Part shown: in pieces, positions 1-12,374 of the stretch | Layout: each line of letters opens with the position of its first letter | How positions within the stretch are numbered: position 1 is the first letter of the stretch | NCBI GenBank assembly: GCA_002633005.1 | Contig: NMRA01000251.1 | Location: forward strand, 539,100 to 576,547 | Length of the DNA: 37,448 nucleotides | Reading direction: 5' to 3' | DNA from: Phoronis australis | Lineage: Eukaryota; Animalia; Phoronida | Program-made: the position numbers and the translations under genes | Notes under the pieces: model-generated | The model's database searches: none | What the model saw: the letters and a program-made list of their open reading frames with translations, nothing else | What the model was told of the DNA's origin: nothing

Positions 1-478
1 GTCCTCTACATAGTAAGCACATACATGCCAATTTTCACAATCATCCTTTGAGCGGTTTGGTTGATAGAGGGGTGGAAGCACAAAAACAGACTCGAAAACA
101 CTATAAATGGCCACTAGGTGGCGCAAACTATGTCGAATCCATCCGAAAATGGCAGGATAGCGTCATCTCACTACTAGGTGCCTACATACCAAATTTCATG
201 AAAATCCGTTCAGGACTTTTGAAGATACAAAGGTAAGCGTAAAAAACTAAAATTGCCACTAGGGGGCACATCGGTAGTCGGATCCGTCCGAAAGTTCGCA
301 CATGCCGTCCCATTCATGAATGGAACATATGTGCCAAATTTCATGAATGTATGTCGAAGGGTTTTGGAGATAGAGCAGCGGACGCCGGACGCCGGACGGA
401 CGGACGGACGGACGGACGGACGGACGGACAGAGATGACGGCATAATGCGTCCACATATAAATATGTGGGCGCATAAAA
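1..478 (-). mobile_element. Helentron/DINE-1 (HINE)-like non-autonomous repeat, truncated by the window edge
   Basis: Read on the minus strand: T-run, a 14-bp-stem hairpin (445-474), a (GTCC)n microsatellite (~380-430), then internal ~146-bp tandem subunits (recurring ccaaatttcatgaa). A decayed relative lies at ~1925-2130. Confidence 0.55.
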
Positions 479-774
479 ATCATGTCCGCAACAATCACAA
501 TTGAATTTGTAAGCGAATTCTTACACCACACAAGAAACTTAAGAGCACAGCTCTCCAATAGGGACTAGATATGGTGGGAGATCACCAGTTGGCTTGTTAT
601 CAGGGACTGGTAATGAGCAGAGATTGCAATATCATGTCATGGTGTCTGAACAGTAGGCATCAGTACAGAGGTGGTAATGTATGAGGCCTCCTTTTATGTC
701 TATAAGGAACATCATGACTCTAAAACTACCAAAACTAACCATGTATACTTTAATGCAATAACTGCATTCATCAA

Positions 775-1538
775 AGTAATATCATTGCCATCCCATGGAT
801 ACTTGAATACATCTCATCAAGGTCAAGTCATCGTCACTTCGTGGATACTTGAAAACATCTCACCAAGGTCATGTCATTGCCACTTCGTGGATACTTGAAA
901 ACAACTCACCAAGGTCGTGTCATTGTCACTTCGTGGATACTTGAAAACATCTCACCAAGGTCGTGTCATTGCCACTTCGTGGATACTTGAAAACATCTCA
1001 CCAAGGTCGTGTCATTGTCACCTCATGGATACTTGAATACATCTCATCAAGGTCATGTCATTGCCACTTCGTGGATACTTGAATACATCTCACCAAGGTC
1101 GTGTCATTGCCATACCATGGATACTTGAATACATCTCATCAAGGTCATGTCATTGTCACCCCATGTATACTTGAATACATCTCACCAAGGCCGTGTCATT
1201 GCCACCCCATGTAAACTTGAATACATCTCACCAAAGTCATGTCATTGCACCCCACGTATACTTGAATACATCTCACCAAGGCCATATCATTGTTACCCCA
1301 TGGATACCTGAATACATCTCACCAAGGTCCTGTCATTGTCACCCCACTACTTGAATACATCTCATCTGAAGGCCATGTCATTGCCACCTCATGGATACTT
1401 GAATACATCTCACCAAGGTCCTGTCATTGTCATCCCACGTATACTTGGATACATCTCACCTGAAGGCCATATCATTGCCACCCCATGGATACTTGAATAC
1501 ATCTCACCAAGGCCACGCCATTGCCACCCCATGGATAT
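775..1538. repeat. 46-bp minisatellite, ~16 copies (GGATACTTGAATACATCTCACCAAGGTCRTGTCATTGCCAC...)
   Basis: Periodicity is directly visible, e.g. gtggatactt at 841 and 887. Confidence 0.95.
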
Positions 1539-4500
1539 TTGCATGCATAATGTTTAATCATCAAGGTAAATGCAAGTGACACCCACTCCAAACTTACAAA
1601 CCTTAAATTCTGATCGCTTCCACTATGTCTTTGGGAAGTCCCATCCATGAAAATTCAGATGTATGCTTATATATTTTTACAGAGTTGGTGATGTAATGGA
1701 CTCTTGCAAATCAAATAGCTGGCATATGCCACTCTCCCTGGACACTATCCAGATAAGGCATTTGGTGAACTCCCTTGCCCAGAACCCTTCATCTTCAAAG
1801 GCATTCTTCCAAAGTTATCAGAACTTATGTTGATAATATGAAAAATGCACTCCTATGCTAAGAACACTTTAGTGTGTTAATTAATGTTGACACTTGGTGT
1901 TTGGAAGAACATGGCCAACACAGCTGCTAAATTTCATGAAAATACACAGATACAGATGGCAAATGTAAACAACTAAAATTACCACTAGTGGACTTAAAGT
2001 AGTACTCTTGATTCGGTCTGAAAATTTGTTCATGCTTTACCATCTATAAGAGGAACATGTCTGCAAAATGTCATGAACATCCACCAAGGAGGAGGGGGGG
2101 GGTTGGAGATGCAGCAGGACACACGTAAATTTAGTGGCATATGATGAGTTACAAATACATTTGTTAGCACACAAAAAGGAAGAACTTGTCGATGAATTTT
2201 TTTCAGTGCAACAAGCCCAAATGGGAAATGTCTTAGAATAGTTCTATTTTAAAATGAACTCTGTTTTGAGACCCAGCCCAAAGGTTGAACCTGTTCATAG
2301 GTAATTCATTAGGAAAAGCGACAGTGGAACCTAGCCACGAAAAATCACCCATCCTGTACACTCCCTCTTCCAAGTGCAGGCTTCTCATGATAGGACAGGG
2401 AATGTGTTGATAAGATACATGTGTGAAGGCAAACCCAACATAGGGGTTTCTGCAGTTTGTAATATTGAAATGTAGTCTCCCAAGAGTCATTAGTTGGTCA
2501 TGTATACAACACACCAGATCCAGGGCTGTAACAAGCTAGAGGGGTGACACAGGGCAGGTACATGACACTGAGACATTCCCCTACTTAAGGAGTTGTGTGG
2601 ACCCCTACCCCAATGGATTGACTCCACCCCTTAACAATGGCCTAACTTCTCACTGAACTGAGCTAAAACTAAAGACTTTTGTTTTCAGTGACCTGCTAGC
2701 CTGACATTAACAAGGATATTTACCTTAGACTAAATAACAGACTATCATGAACAGGGGTCAGTTGGGTTGTGTATGTGCCAACATGTATTACCAGTGTAGA
2801 AGTCCCAATTGACCTCAAAAGCACTTATGCCAAAATGAATTGTTGTCACATAATGCCAAGTTATGCAACACACAAAATCCATCCACTCAGTCCTCTCACT
2901 GAATTTAAAGTTGAGTGCCATTGGGAACAGGGAGTTCAACAGAACACAGATCAGTGGCAATGTCCAGCCAAGTCCCAAAGAGAGAACCTTGGTGTTCTGA
3001 ATTCCTGGTAACTTTAGTAAATAATTAGATTACAGGTAATACTTTACAGGTTGAGATGACTTAAATGATACTAAACCTGTGCTTCTCGTCAAAAAGCATG
3101 GATTAGGTCACTTATCATTATAATTATAACTGCTTTGGAACACAGTTCATACCAGTAAATTTCAGTGTGATTTCAAATGAAGTTTTATGAGCTTAGCCTA
3201 TAAAAAAACAAATCTGTTAGTTCTTTCGACACCCTGAAATCACCTTCAATTAGACTATGGAACAATTTGAGACCACTTTCCGAACGGAAATGGTTTAAAT
3301 CAAAAGTATTTAATGTGACGAAAGGCGGGTTTATAGCCATGGTAACAGTTGATATTACAACAAACCAAAAACTAGGCATAATGGTTAAAACATAGGCTGT
3401 GATGGTTACATTTGAACCTGGGTACTCAAAATATTAGTTTGACCATACTGAACTAGCATGTTCAAATAGCTGGGTGACAATTTTACCATTAGTATGGAAA
3501 CTGTGCACTTAAAGGTGATAGGCACTTATAGGGCCCTCCCACCACCCGGACTTTGAGGACATGCTACACAGTGGATAAAAGTGGTTCTCAAAATCGGGGC
3601 ACCTTACCCTGTAAGTGACTATTATTCACGTAATAAATCAAAACCTAGCAGTTGTTTAATATCTTGGACATGAAGAACAGAGGTAGTACACTGAAACAGG
3701 ACCAGAATTAATGCAAACATGCTGGTACTAAGTGAGTAGCCTCTTGGAAAGCAGTAATATCACTGAAGAGCCCATCCTCATTTTAAATATTAAATAAATA
3801 AATAAATAAAACAATCCAGTTGAAAATTTTTCACTAAATCATGCCTTCGGCTTCAACACATTATCAAATTGTCCACAAAATAACTTGAATTTAATTTATG
3901 GTGGTCCACCAACAAAATGATCTCAACACTGAAAATAGGCAAGACATATTTGAAGAATTCAAGTCATACATACTACTTCCAGCATGTGAAATTCATCGTT
4001 GCCAATGTTCGAGAACAAGAAAAAGGTCACCTGTTTTGAAAATGCAGGAATTTTTTAAAAGATATTAAATCATACCATTAAGATTTTTTTTCTATGATGG
4101 CAAGTTCTGTGTCTAAAAACAACAACCCAACATCCCGTAACGTGTTTAAAGTATAATTCACATGGCTTCTTTCTGCTGTTGGTTATGGACGTAAGTGTAT
4201 GAAACTCAACTCACATGAGTTGGATCTCCCACGAAAGTAGGTCAAAATCTCAGCTCGGATTTCCAAATTAATTTCAGGTTGCAGATGCAACTTGCAGTTC
4301 ATCATGCCATGTCTTGCCACTACTTCGTCAATTAAACACATATATAAAGTATACACTAAAATACTAAATGCTCCTATTTTAGTGGCATCTCTCGACTGAG
4401 GTAAGTTTTTCATGTTCTTAACTGGAAAAAGGAAAAGAGTGCTTACAAGTTTTTTGGCGGTGAGAAACAATACAACTTCTAGGCCTGTACATACAATCAT

Positions 4501-5364
4501 ATGTTTTCAATTGATAATGCAATTTTTCCTTAATAGAAGCATACACCTTTCCTCTACAAAAATCTACAGGAAACAAAAAATCATAAGTGTAAGTTTTGAA
4601 AAGTTGCACAGAAGATTTCTTTAAAAATAAGGTAGTTTCATAAAATTAGAACAAAAATAATTGCTAAGATCATGACATCGTTTGTGCGTTGTTAAAAATG
4701 ATTGAATGTCATAGTTTTTTTAATGGCAGTTGTACACTATAAACTCTGGAAATGATTAGGTAAAGTTTTCTTCCTGTTTAATTTTGTTGAAAATTTTGTT
4801 AAAATAATATTTCTGTTTCTCTGTATTGTGTTCTATCCTGAAGAAACTTTACCACCATTTCAATGTGTGCGGACGCAGAAAAGATGTCTTTAAATGACAT
4901 CTTCACTACACTTGTGCGGCCGGGGGAGAAAATAAAACTTTTCAAAAATGATGTTATGGTTATGTTATGGTTATGTTACCATATTCATGAGGAACAACAA
5001 CATTTTGAAAACGCAAAGAATACAATAATCTGGACAAGGCTTTATATACAAAAGGATATAGACATATCATCCAGAAATATTCATGTTTTTACTTAAAGCT
5101 ATTCGTTATACTCCCGAATGCCACACTAATTTTAAAACCAGGAAGATGAAAACTGACAGCGTAAGTACACCCATTGAATTTCATTAGAAAGTATACAGTA
5201 ATTCATCCATTATACTGAGATGAATGACTGTAGGTGTGGCCTTCTATAAAATAGTTTGTATACAAGTATATCATGGTTATGGATTTGCACTCTGGAGCCT
5301 GGTTGTGTGTACATGCACAAGACATCTACAACCGACCAGTAACTGGTACGATGGTACACACATA

Positions 5365-5472
5365 CAATACAATAAACATACACATGCCCGCACACACAAA
5401 CACACGCACAAACACACGCACACACAGGAACACAGACTCACACACACGCACGCACGCACGCACACACACACA
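5365..5472. repeat. Degenerate (CA)n/(GCAC)n microsatellite
   Basis: Visible in sequence; it explains the low-complexity HT/CV ORFs here. Confidence 0.9.
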
Positions 5473-7300
5473 ACCAGGAGAGAGCTCCATAGACAAAAGG
5501 CCTTTCCCATACACTTAACTCCATTACTAGCGAAGCCTTGTTAAGTCCGTGATGCATCAGTGTTCCCATCAGCTTCCTTGTTGTTAGCCAGAAAACAAGT
5601 TCAGCGAAGTTATCACAAAGCGGTCATATACCTGGGTGTTTTGTCCTTGTCATCACGAATGGCAGGGACCTATCAATCCCCAATATAGAAGCCAGAACAC
5701 CAACACCACAAGGCAGCCATCGGTCACCACGTTGGAAAGATGACGATGTACTGGATGACTAGATGAAAAAATTGACTTTTGAGTAGGCTAACAGCTGATT
5801 TGAATAAAGGCAGTATGACAGGAACAATGACTTATATATATACTCCGTAATTGATCTCATTGGGTGGGAACTCATTCTGCGTACACCATGCATTTAGTCT
5901 TTTTTTAAGAATCTAGCAAATACATGGAATTGAAACAGAATGCTTACGGTATACTGCCAAAATAATAAGTATTATAACAAAATATCGAATATTAACCGGT
6001 CGCCACCCGCTGATGGTAAACGCAGGTGTTTTAATAGCGGTACTATGCCAGGGGTCAGGCTTCTTTCAAAACATTATTTTTGGTTTCTTAGAGTCTCACC
6101 TTGTTTTATCCTACAATATGATCTTACTATTATATAGGACACAATATTCGGGACAAAAAGTTAATTCTATATTTTACTACCAAATAAAAGCTTTGGTTAT
6201 ATTTAAGTTTTACAACGTAGCTGTACTACAGGACAAGGTTTTTAAAAATTTTGGACATTTACAACAATGCAAGAAACCTTTGAACAGTGAAAAAATTGGC
6301 AATCATTTTTGTCCGAAATTTGTGAGATTTTATCAGTAGTTAAAACAAGTTCATTATTTCAGAAAGAGAATGAACATTTAACTTCAAAATGAAGATTTTA
6401 CATACTGTCACTCATAACAGCCAAACACCAACCAACTCAAAAATCTACCTTCATGCCATATAATAGCTTCAGAACAACTCTACCCCATACACTGGTTCGT
6501 TTATCATCAAAAACCTCCATGCTTCACCACTGAGACACAAAAAGAAAAATTCAACACAAATTAAGTTTGAAAATTGACAGAACGGAAACCATGGAAAAAA
6601 ATCAAATATGGCTGATTGAAAGCAGCTACTTGCAAAAAGAAATTGACTTCTTCACGAAAAGCAACTAGTGAAAATGGTAACATTTAAACCAGGAAACCAG
6701 TTTACTCCTTAAAAACATGACCTTAATGAAATGAAGTTTCCTGAAACTGGTCAAGTGAAATTTATTCAAATGTTCCCTCATGGTCAAAGTCACACCCTAA
6801 GGTTATTTTAAGGTTATATCACATTTGTGTATTAAACTAAATATCTATAAAACTATAGATTTTAGTTCAACAAAAAAAAATATTTACTTTCTGAAAATAG
6901 AAAGTTTGTAAATTTTGATTTTTGACATTTTACCAATCAACCATCAATTGCATTACGTGACCACGTTTTTGGCATAATTAAGCAAAACAAAGAAAGGAAC
7001 GTTGACTGCAAAGCAATAATATTGATAACACAACAAAATTAAATGTTTAAAATGAAATGAAAAAAGCGATTACAATTAAAGTTATCATTTCATTTTATTC
7101 AGCTTTTGTTTTTTCTTAGTCTCATTTTGATAACCCTTCATGCAAGAATGGAACTTTATAAAAAGACTTTTAACAGTGTTTTGGAGAACACTGCAGCATA
7201 GTATCCGAAAGTTTCATACATGAAAATGATCATCCATTTCTTAGAAATCGTGATCTGAAATTCGCACAACTTTTTTCTAGGGTCCCACACAACCTTAACC

Positions 7301-7531
7301 ATCATGTGTACAACACACCCCGTCATGTGTACAACACACCCCGTCATGTGTACAACACACCCCGTCATGTGTACAACACACCCCGTCATGTGTACAACAC
7401 ACCCCGTCATGTGTACAACACACCCCGTCATGTGTGCAACACACCCCGTCATGTGTGCAACACACCCCGTCATGTATACAACACACCCCGTCATGTGTAC
7501 AACACACCCCGTCATGTGTACAACATACCCC
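7301..7531. repeat. 21-bp minisatellite, 11 copies (GTCATGTGTACAACACACCCC)
   Basis: Near-perfect tandem units spanning 231 bp. Confidence 0.97.
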
Positions 7532-8756
7532 GGCCTGCAGAAAATGACTCTTTCTTTTTAATTTTGTAAACATCAAATACCCTTGAAGTTTCTAGTGATT
7601 TTCCCTGCGATTCAAAAATCAAAAGTTATTGCACTTCAGCTCACAACAAAAATACTGATTATTTGAATGTTGAAAGAAATCCTTACTGAGCTTGGTGATA
7701 TAGTAGAAAACGCAAGTATATTTGTCTTCCATGTAGGTTATGTTTACTCACTTGTTGACAATATGTAACAGAAATCGGATTAATGGCTGATTATCAACTA
7801 CTTAACTAATACAATTTAAGAAGAGCGATTCATACACAGTAGTTGATCACAAGTCAAATTATATCATCAGTGAATGTAATTTTCCACACAATTATGAGCT
7901 GACCTGCATTTGTTTGTACCATGTATGTAAATCAAATGTCTGATGGTAATAAATCACAAAAAGATGTTAAGAACATTACTGTATGGCATCAGTCTATTTA
8001 TCTTACTCAGACACGATGTCAAGTTAAACCCAAATGGTACATACAATTCTAACACATAGAACTACCTGTTCACTTTTGGAAGTAAATTGAATAACGAAAT
8101 TAAAAATACATTTACCTTTACACTTATTTCACAAAAATTTGCATGACTAATTATTTATTAACTAAAATAGTGAGTCTACAATCCAAAAGGCAACATGACC
8201 TCAATTTGGTTGATATGGACACACCTTTATTTTGATAACAAATCAAATTGTACTCAAATACCACTTGTTTGCCAGACAAACTTCAAAACATCCTTATAAA
8301 AGTGCTAAACACAGTCCAAAACAACATGCACTAAACTGTAATCACTCAGAGTAAGCAGGGTAAGCACTGATTAACACCAAGAGAAGGATATCATTGCCAA
8401 CCATACATTGACTTTAAATTGGTAAGAATACGATACTTGAACACTGGTTATATCGCGTTAAACTAACTCTCTAATATCTTTCAATAATTATACAGAGTAA
8501 ATATGTTCTTACATATGCAAAGGACAATTCGCGAGTGGCAGATGCAATTGAATGAATAATAAGACAGTTCATGACTGTGTGGGTGTGAATTCAGACACGA
8601 GCTGTTATAAATGAGCCGTGAGATATTGGACTCACGGCCACGGGGGATGTCACACTTAAAAATGTCTATGCTATGAAAAGGAGCCGTAATAGGTCTGAAA
8701 CATGAAAAACGGATATAATTCATAAGCATTGTGAATAACTATTAACAGCGACTTAC

Positions 8757-8921
8757 CTTGCGGTCTGCAAATGCACAGGCAATCTCTTTCAAACTGGACA
8801 TGGTCACGTCTCCGCCTTCTATGGTTACCTGTTCACGCACTAGACCTATTTGCATCCAAAACGTGAAGTTTTTCTTCACGTTGTTTTCGTCAACCACGTT
8901 TACACTCATGTTTGACGCCAT
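8757..8921 (-). CDS. PRKD: Serine/threonine protein kinase D, first coding exon (55 aa, start of the N-terminal ubiquitin-like domain)
   Basis: MASNMSV...FTFWMQIGLVREQVTIEGGDVTMSSLKEIACAFADRK matches the PKD N-terminal motif F-x-x-QIGL-x-RE...C-x-x-x-D-x-K. It ends at a phase-0 AAG|GTAAGT donor just before the expected FP-x-x-GF segment. I could not find exon 2 in 1-8756, so intron 1 is inferred to exceed 8.7 kb. Confidence 0.88.
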
Positions 8922-9229
8922 CACACGTAAAATAAAGACAAATATTCCTCTAAAAGCCGACACGACTTCCTAGTTCTAGCATTTTGAGTTCATGTTCTTC
9001 AACTAGCCGCTAGGGGACGGAAGTAGACATCCGAAGGTCACGTGATCGCCCTGTTTTGTTTCTTTTTGAGCCGGTATCACAAAAAACAAAAAATGGCTTT
9101 TTAACCTTACATTATAACGCGTAATTTGATGAAGAAAATACAAATAATCTATTATTTAACACAATGTAATAACTTGATGAGAAATTCACTTATTTTTGCA
9201 ACAACCGTAAAGTAGTCTGATATTTAGAG
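8922..9229. promoter_or_regulatory. Putative bidirectional promoter and 5'UTRs between PKD and the PH-CaaX gene
   Basis: Divergent ATGs at 8921 and 9230. ETS-type CGGAAGT at 9018-9024 and E-box GGTCACGTGA at 9036-9045. Confidence 0.6.
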
Positions 9230-9454
9230 ATGTCTGACGGGGAGTCTCAACAGGCAACGGATTCCGCGCCAATAGATTCATCACAGCATGAGTTAGAAAG
9301 TAATTCAGATGACAGTCAATTACAGGAAGTCAAAGGATGGCTCAACAAACGTACCAAGATCTCACATAAATGGAAACGACTGTGGTGCACTCTAAGAAAG
9401 ACGGACTTGTTTTACGGTCAAACTGAGGTCAATGCCGAGGACGTAACGTCTCAA
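9230..9454 (+). CDS. PH-domain/CaaX protein exon 1, copy A (haplotype A)
   Basis: Acidic N-terminus followed by PH strands b1-b3 (KGWLNKRTKISHKWKRLWCTLRKTDLFY); CAA|GTAAGT donor, phase 0. Confidence 0.85.
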
Positions 9455-9652
9455 GTAAGTGTTAATGCAGAGTATATCATTGTCAACTGTCTTTCCTTTG
9501 AAAGAAGGAGTCTGACTGTCTGAAAGTGGGAGTAATTGTTCAAGCGACGAAAAGTTAAAGACACCAACGACAGCCTAAGGTGTCCCTCTGTGCTCAAAAC
9601 GTAGGCCTACTTCCATAGCAACCCAACAAGTTGGGAAGAACACCCTATAGCC

Positions 9653-9744
9653 CACAGGCGTCCTCAGCTTCTGATCGTCCCCAATACACTACAAAGTATT
9701 ATATGTAGTGTATTGGGGACGATCAGAAGCTGAGGACGCCTGTG
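9653..9744. mobile_element. 92-bp hairpin MITE, 8-bp TSD (CTATAGCC), P-superfamily-like CANRG termini
   Basis: Perfect 41-bp inverted arms with a 10-bp spacer; TSD at 9645-9652 and 9745-9752; empty site (ctgtagcc) in the other copy near 11756. Confidence 0.9.
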
Positions 9745-10309
9745 CTATAGCCAATATCGTGCACAACTGATTAACTCCATTCTGCTTCTGGCATTGATGG
9801 TTGGAGGGCCAGCTCCCTTTTCTTCGATAATTGCTCTAATCTCCAGTAAGATCATATCTAGCGGTAGCCTTGGTACAAAGCTGTATACTAAATATATATG
9901 TATTTTGACGACAGTCTTCATACAATTAGCTGGATGGCTAATCTAGCCTGTGCTGCTAAAAATAAAAGTTACATATTTGAACATAAACCAGTAGCATTTC
10001 TGAAATCCAGGTCAAATGGTGATCATGTTTAGTTTTTAAATTGCCAAAATCGCCCAACTGCAATCGAAGTTACGACAGTCAATTCTTTCCGAATGTACCA
10101 ATTCGCTCTGGGTTTGAGTATGTTCACACGTGGTCTGGTAGATAATTGGCTTGCCTGTTGTCATACCAGACAAAAGACTGTGCTTGGCTGTTAACATGTT
10201 ATCACTCGCTCACAACCCTCTACGTCTGGTAAAGTCACTGAACGTCATGCTGCCACAGTCACAGGTGTGAGGCACCGATATCATCAGCTTCTGCATGATC
10301 GTCCCCAAT

Positions 10310-10340
<31 letters not shown>

Positions 10341-10456
10341 TCTACAAGGAATTCCATGGGTGCTTCACTTCAGCCGTCCATATCAAACACAAAACTCAAT
10401 GAATTTACTCAAAACAGGGGTCAGCAAACCATGAGCAATTGTTCTTCTGATAGTAT

Positions 10457-10761
10457 TGTAACGGGGGCGGTATCTACGACCAAGGCGCCCCGATTTTACG
10501 AGCCCGGTGCAGACTGAGGGTGATATTGAAAACTAAAAGTTGGTGAATAATACATAGGTTTATTGTAAGAATATATAACTGCAATATTTCACACTTACAA
10601 GCAATCCAGTTGTTCCATGATTTAGTATAGCAGCGTTGTGATTTATACAGTTCTGATACACGGGCAAGCCAGTCGCTGATTAATAGTTGTGTGTGCAAGA
10701 ACGGGGCAATTTGGTTATTCAGATCCGAAAGGTAAGATGCAATCAAGCTCGGGAGGAGCCC
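10457..10761 (-). mobile_element. Probable LTR retrotransposon end running into the gap
   Basis: Homology to the other copy breaks exactly at TGTAAC (minus strand ...GTTACA). A minus-strand AATAAA lies ~100 bp inside. The segment is absent from copy B. Confidence 0.55.
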
Positions 10762-11106
10762 NNNNNNNNNNNNNNNNNNNNNNNNNNNNNNNNNNNNNNN
10801 NNNNNNNNNNNNNNNNNNNNNNNNNNNNNNNNNNNNNNNNNNNNNNNNNNNNNNNNNNNNNNNNNNNNNNNNNNNNNNNNNNNNNNNNNNNNNNNNNNNN
10901 NNNNNNNNNNNNNNNNNNNNNNNNNNNNNNNNNNNNNNNNNNNNNNNNNNNNNNNNNNNNNNNNNNNNNNNNNNNNNNNNNNNNNNNNNNNNNNNNNNNN
11001 NNNNNNNNNNNNNNNNNNNNNNNNNNNNNNNNNNNNNNNNNNNNNNNNNNNNNNNNNNNNNNNNNNNNNNNNNNNNNNNNNNNNNNNNNNNNNNNNNNNN
11101 NNNNNN
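10762..11106. other. Assembly gap (N run)
   Basis: Run of N. Single Ns also occur at 21666, 32268 and 36149. Confidence 1.
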
Positions 11107-11339
11107 CATTTTGAGTTCATGTTCTTCAACTAGCCGCTAGGGGACTGAAGTAGACATCCGAAGGTCACGTGATCGCCCGTTTTGTTTCACAAAAAACAAA
11201 AAATAGCTTTTTAACCTTACATGATAACGCGTAATTTGATGAAGAAAATACAAATAATCTATTATTAAACACACCGTAATAACACAATGAGAAATTCACT
11301 TATTTTTGCAACAACCGTAAAGTAGTCTAATATTTAGAG

Positions 11340-11564
11340 ATGTCTGACGGAGAGTCTCAACAAGCAACGGATTCCGCGCCAATAGATTCATCGCAGCATG
11401 ACTTAGAAAGTAATTCAGATGACAGTCAATTACAAGAAGTCAAAGGATGGCTCAACAAACGTACCAAGATCTCACACAAATGGAAACGACTGTGGTGCAC
11501 TCTAAGAAAGACGGACTTGTTTTATGGTCAAACTGAGGTCAATGCCGAAGACGTAACGTCTCAA
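11340..11564 (+). CDS. PH-domain/CaaX protein exon 1, copy B (75 codons)
   Basis: Same exon as 9230-9454 with 8 third-position differences; GTAAGT donor at 11565. Confidence 0.88.
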
Positions 11565-12199
11565 GTAAGTGTTAATGCAGAGTATCATTATGAAGTGTCT
11601 TTCCTTTGAACGAAGGAGTCTGACTGTCTGTAAGTGGGAGTAACTGTTCTAGCGGCGAAAAGTTAAAGACACCAACGACAGCCTAAGGTGTCCTTCTGTG
11701 CGCAAAACGTAGGTCTACTTCCATAGCAACCCAACAACAAGTTGGGAAGAACACCCTGTAGCCAAAATCTTACACAACTGATTAACTCCATTCTGGCATT
11801 GATGGTTGGAGGGCTAGCTCCCTTTTGTTCGATAATTGCTCTAATCTACAGTAAGATCATATCTAGCTTTAGCCTTGGTACAAAGCTGTATACTAAATAT
11901 ATGTATTTTGATGACAGTCTTCATATTAGCTGGCTGGCTAATCTGGCCTGTGCTGCTAAAAATAAAAGTTACATATTTGAACATAAACCAATAGCATTTC
12001 TGAAATCCTGGTCAAATGGTGATCATGTTTAGTTTTTGAATTGCCAAAATCGCCCAACTGCAACCGAAGTTACGACAGTCAATTCTTTCCGAATGTACCA
12101 ATTCACTCTGGGTTTGAGTATGTTCACACGTGGTCTGGTAGATAATTGGCTTGCGTGTTGTCATACCATACAAAAGACTGTGCTTGGCTGTTAACATGT

Positions 12200-12338
12200 T
12201 ATCACTCGCTCACAACCCTCTACGTCTGGTAAAGTCACTAAACGGAAAAATGACGTCATGCTGCCACCGTCACAGGTGTGAGGCACAGATGTCATCAGCT
12301 TCTGCATGATCGTCCCCAATACTCTACATATACGTATG

Positions 12339-12374
<36 letters not shown>

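Noticed and set aside
775-1538. CRISPR-like periodic array
   Set aside because: The whole unit repeats with no unique spacers, the context is eukaryotic, and there are no cas genes.
5210-5544. His/Thr- and Cys/Val-rich ORFs (also 32159-32528 and 210-558)
   Set aside because: Microsatellite translations.
7156-7576. Cys/His-rich repeat ORFs (MTGCVVH, CCTHDGV) suggesting a metal-binding peptide
   Set aside because: They are products of a 21-bp minisatellite that is open in several frames on both strands, with no gene context.
8922-8963. Extended PKD N-terminus given by the ORF track (MSAFRGIF...)
   Set aside because: It starts at a GTG; the first in-frame ATG is at 8921.
10474-11133. Long ORFs in the track
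   Set aside because: Artefacts of translating the N gap.
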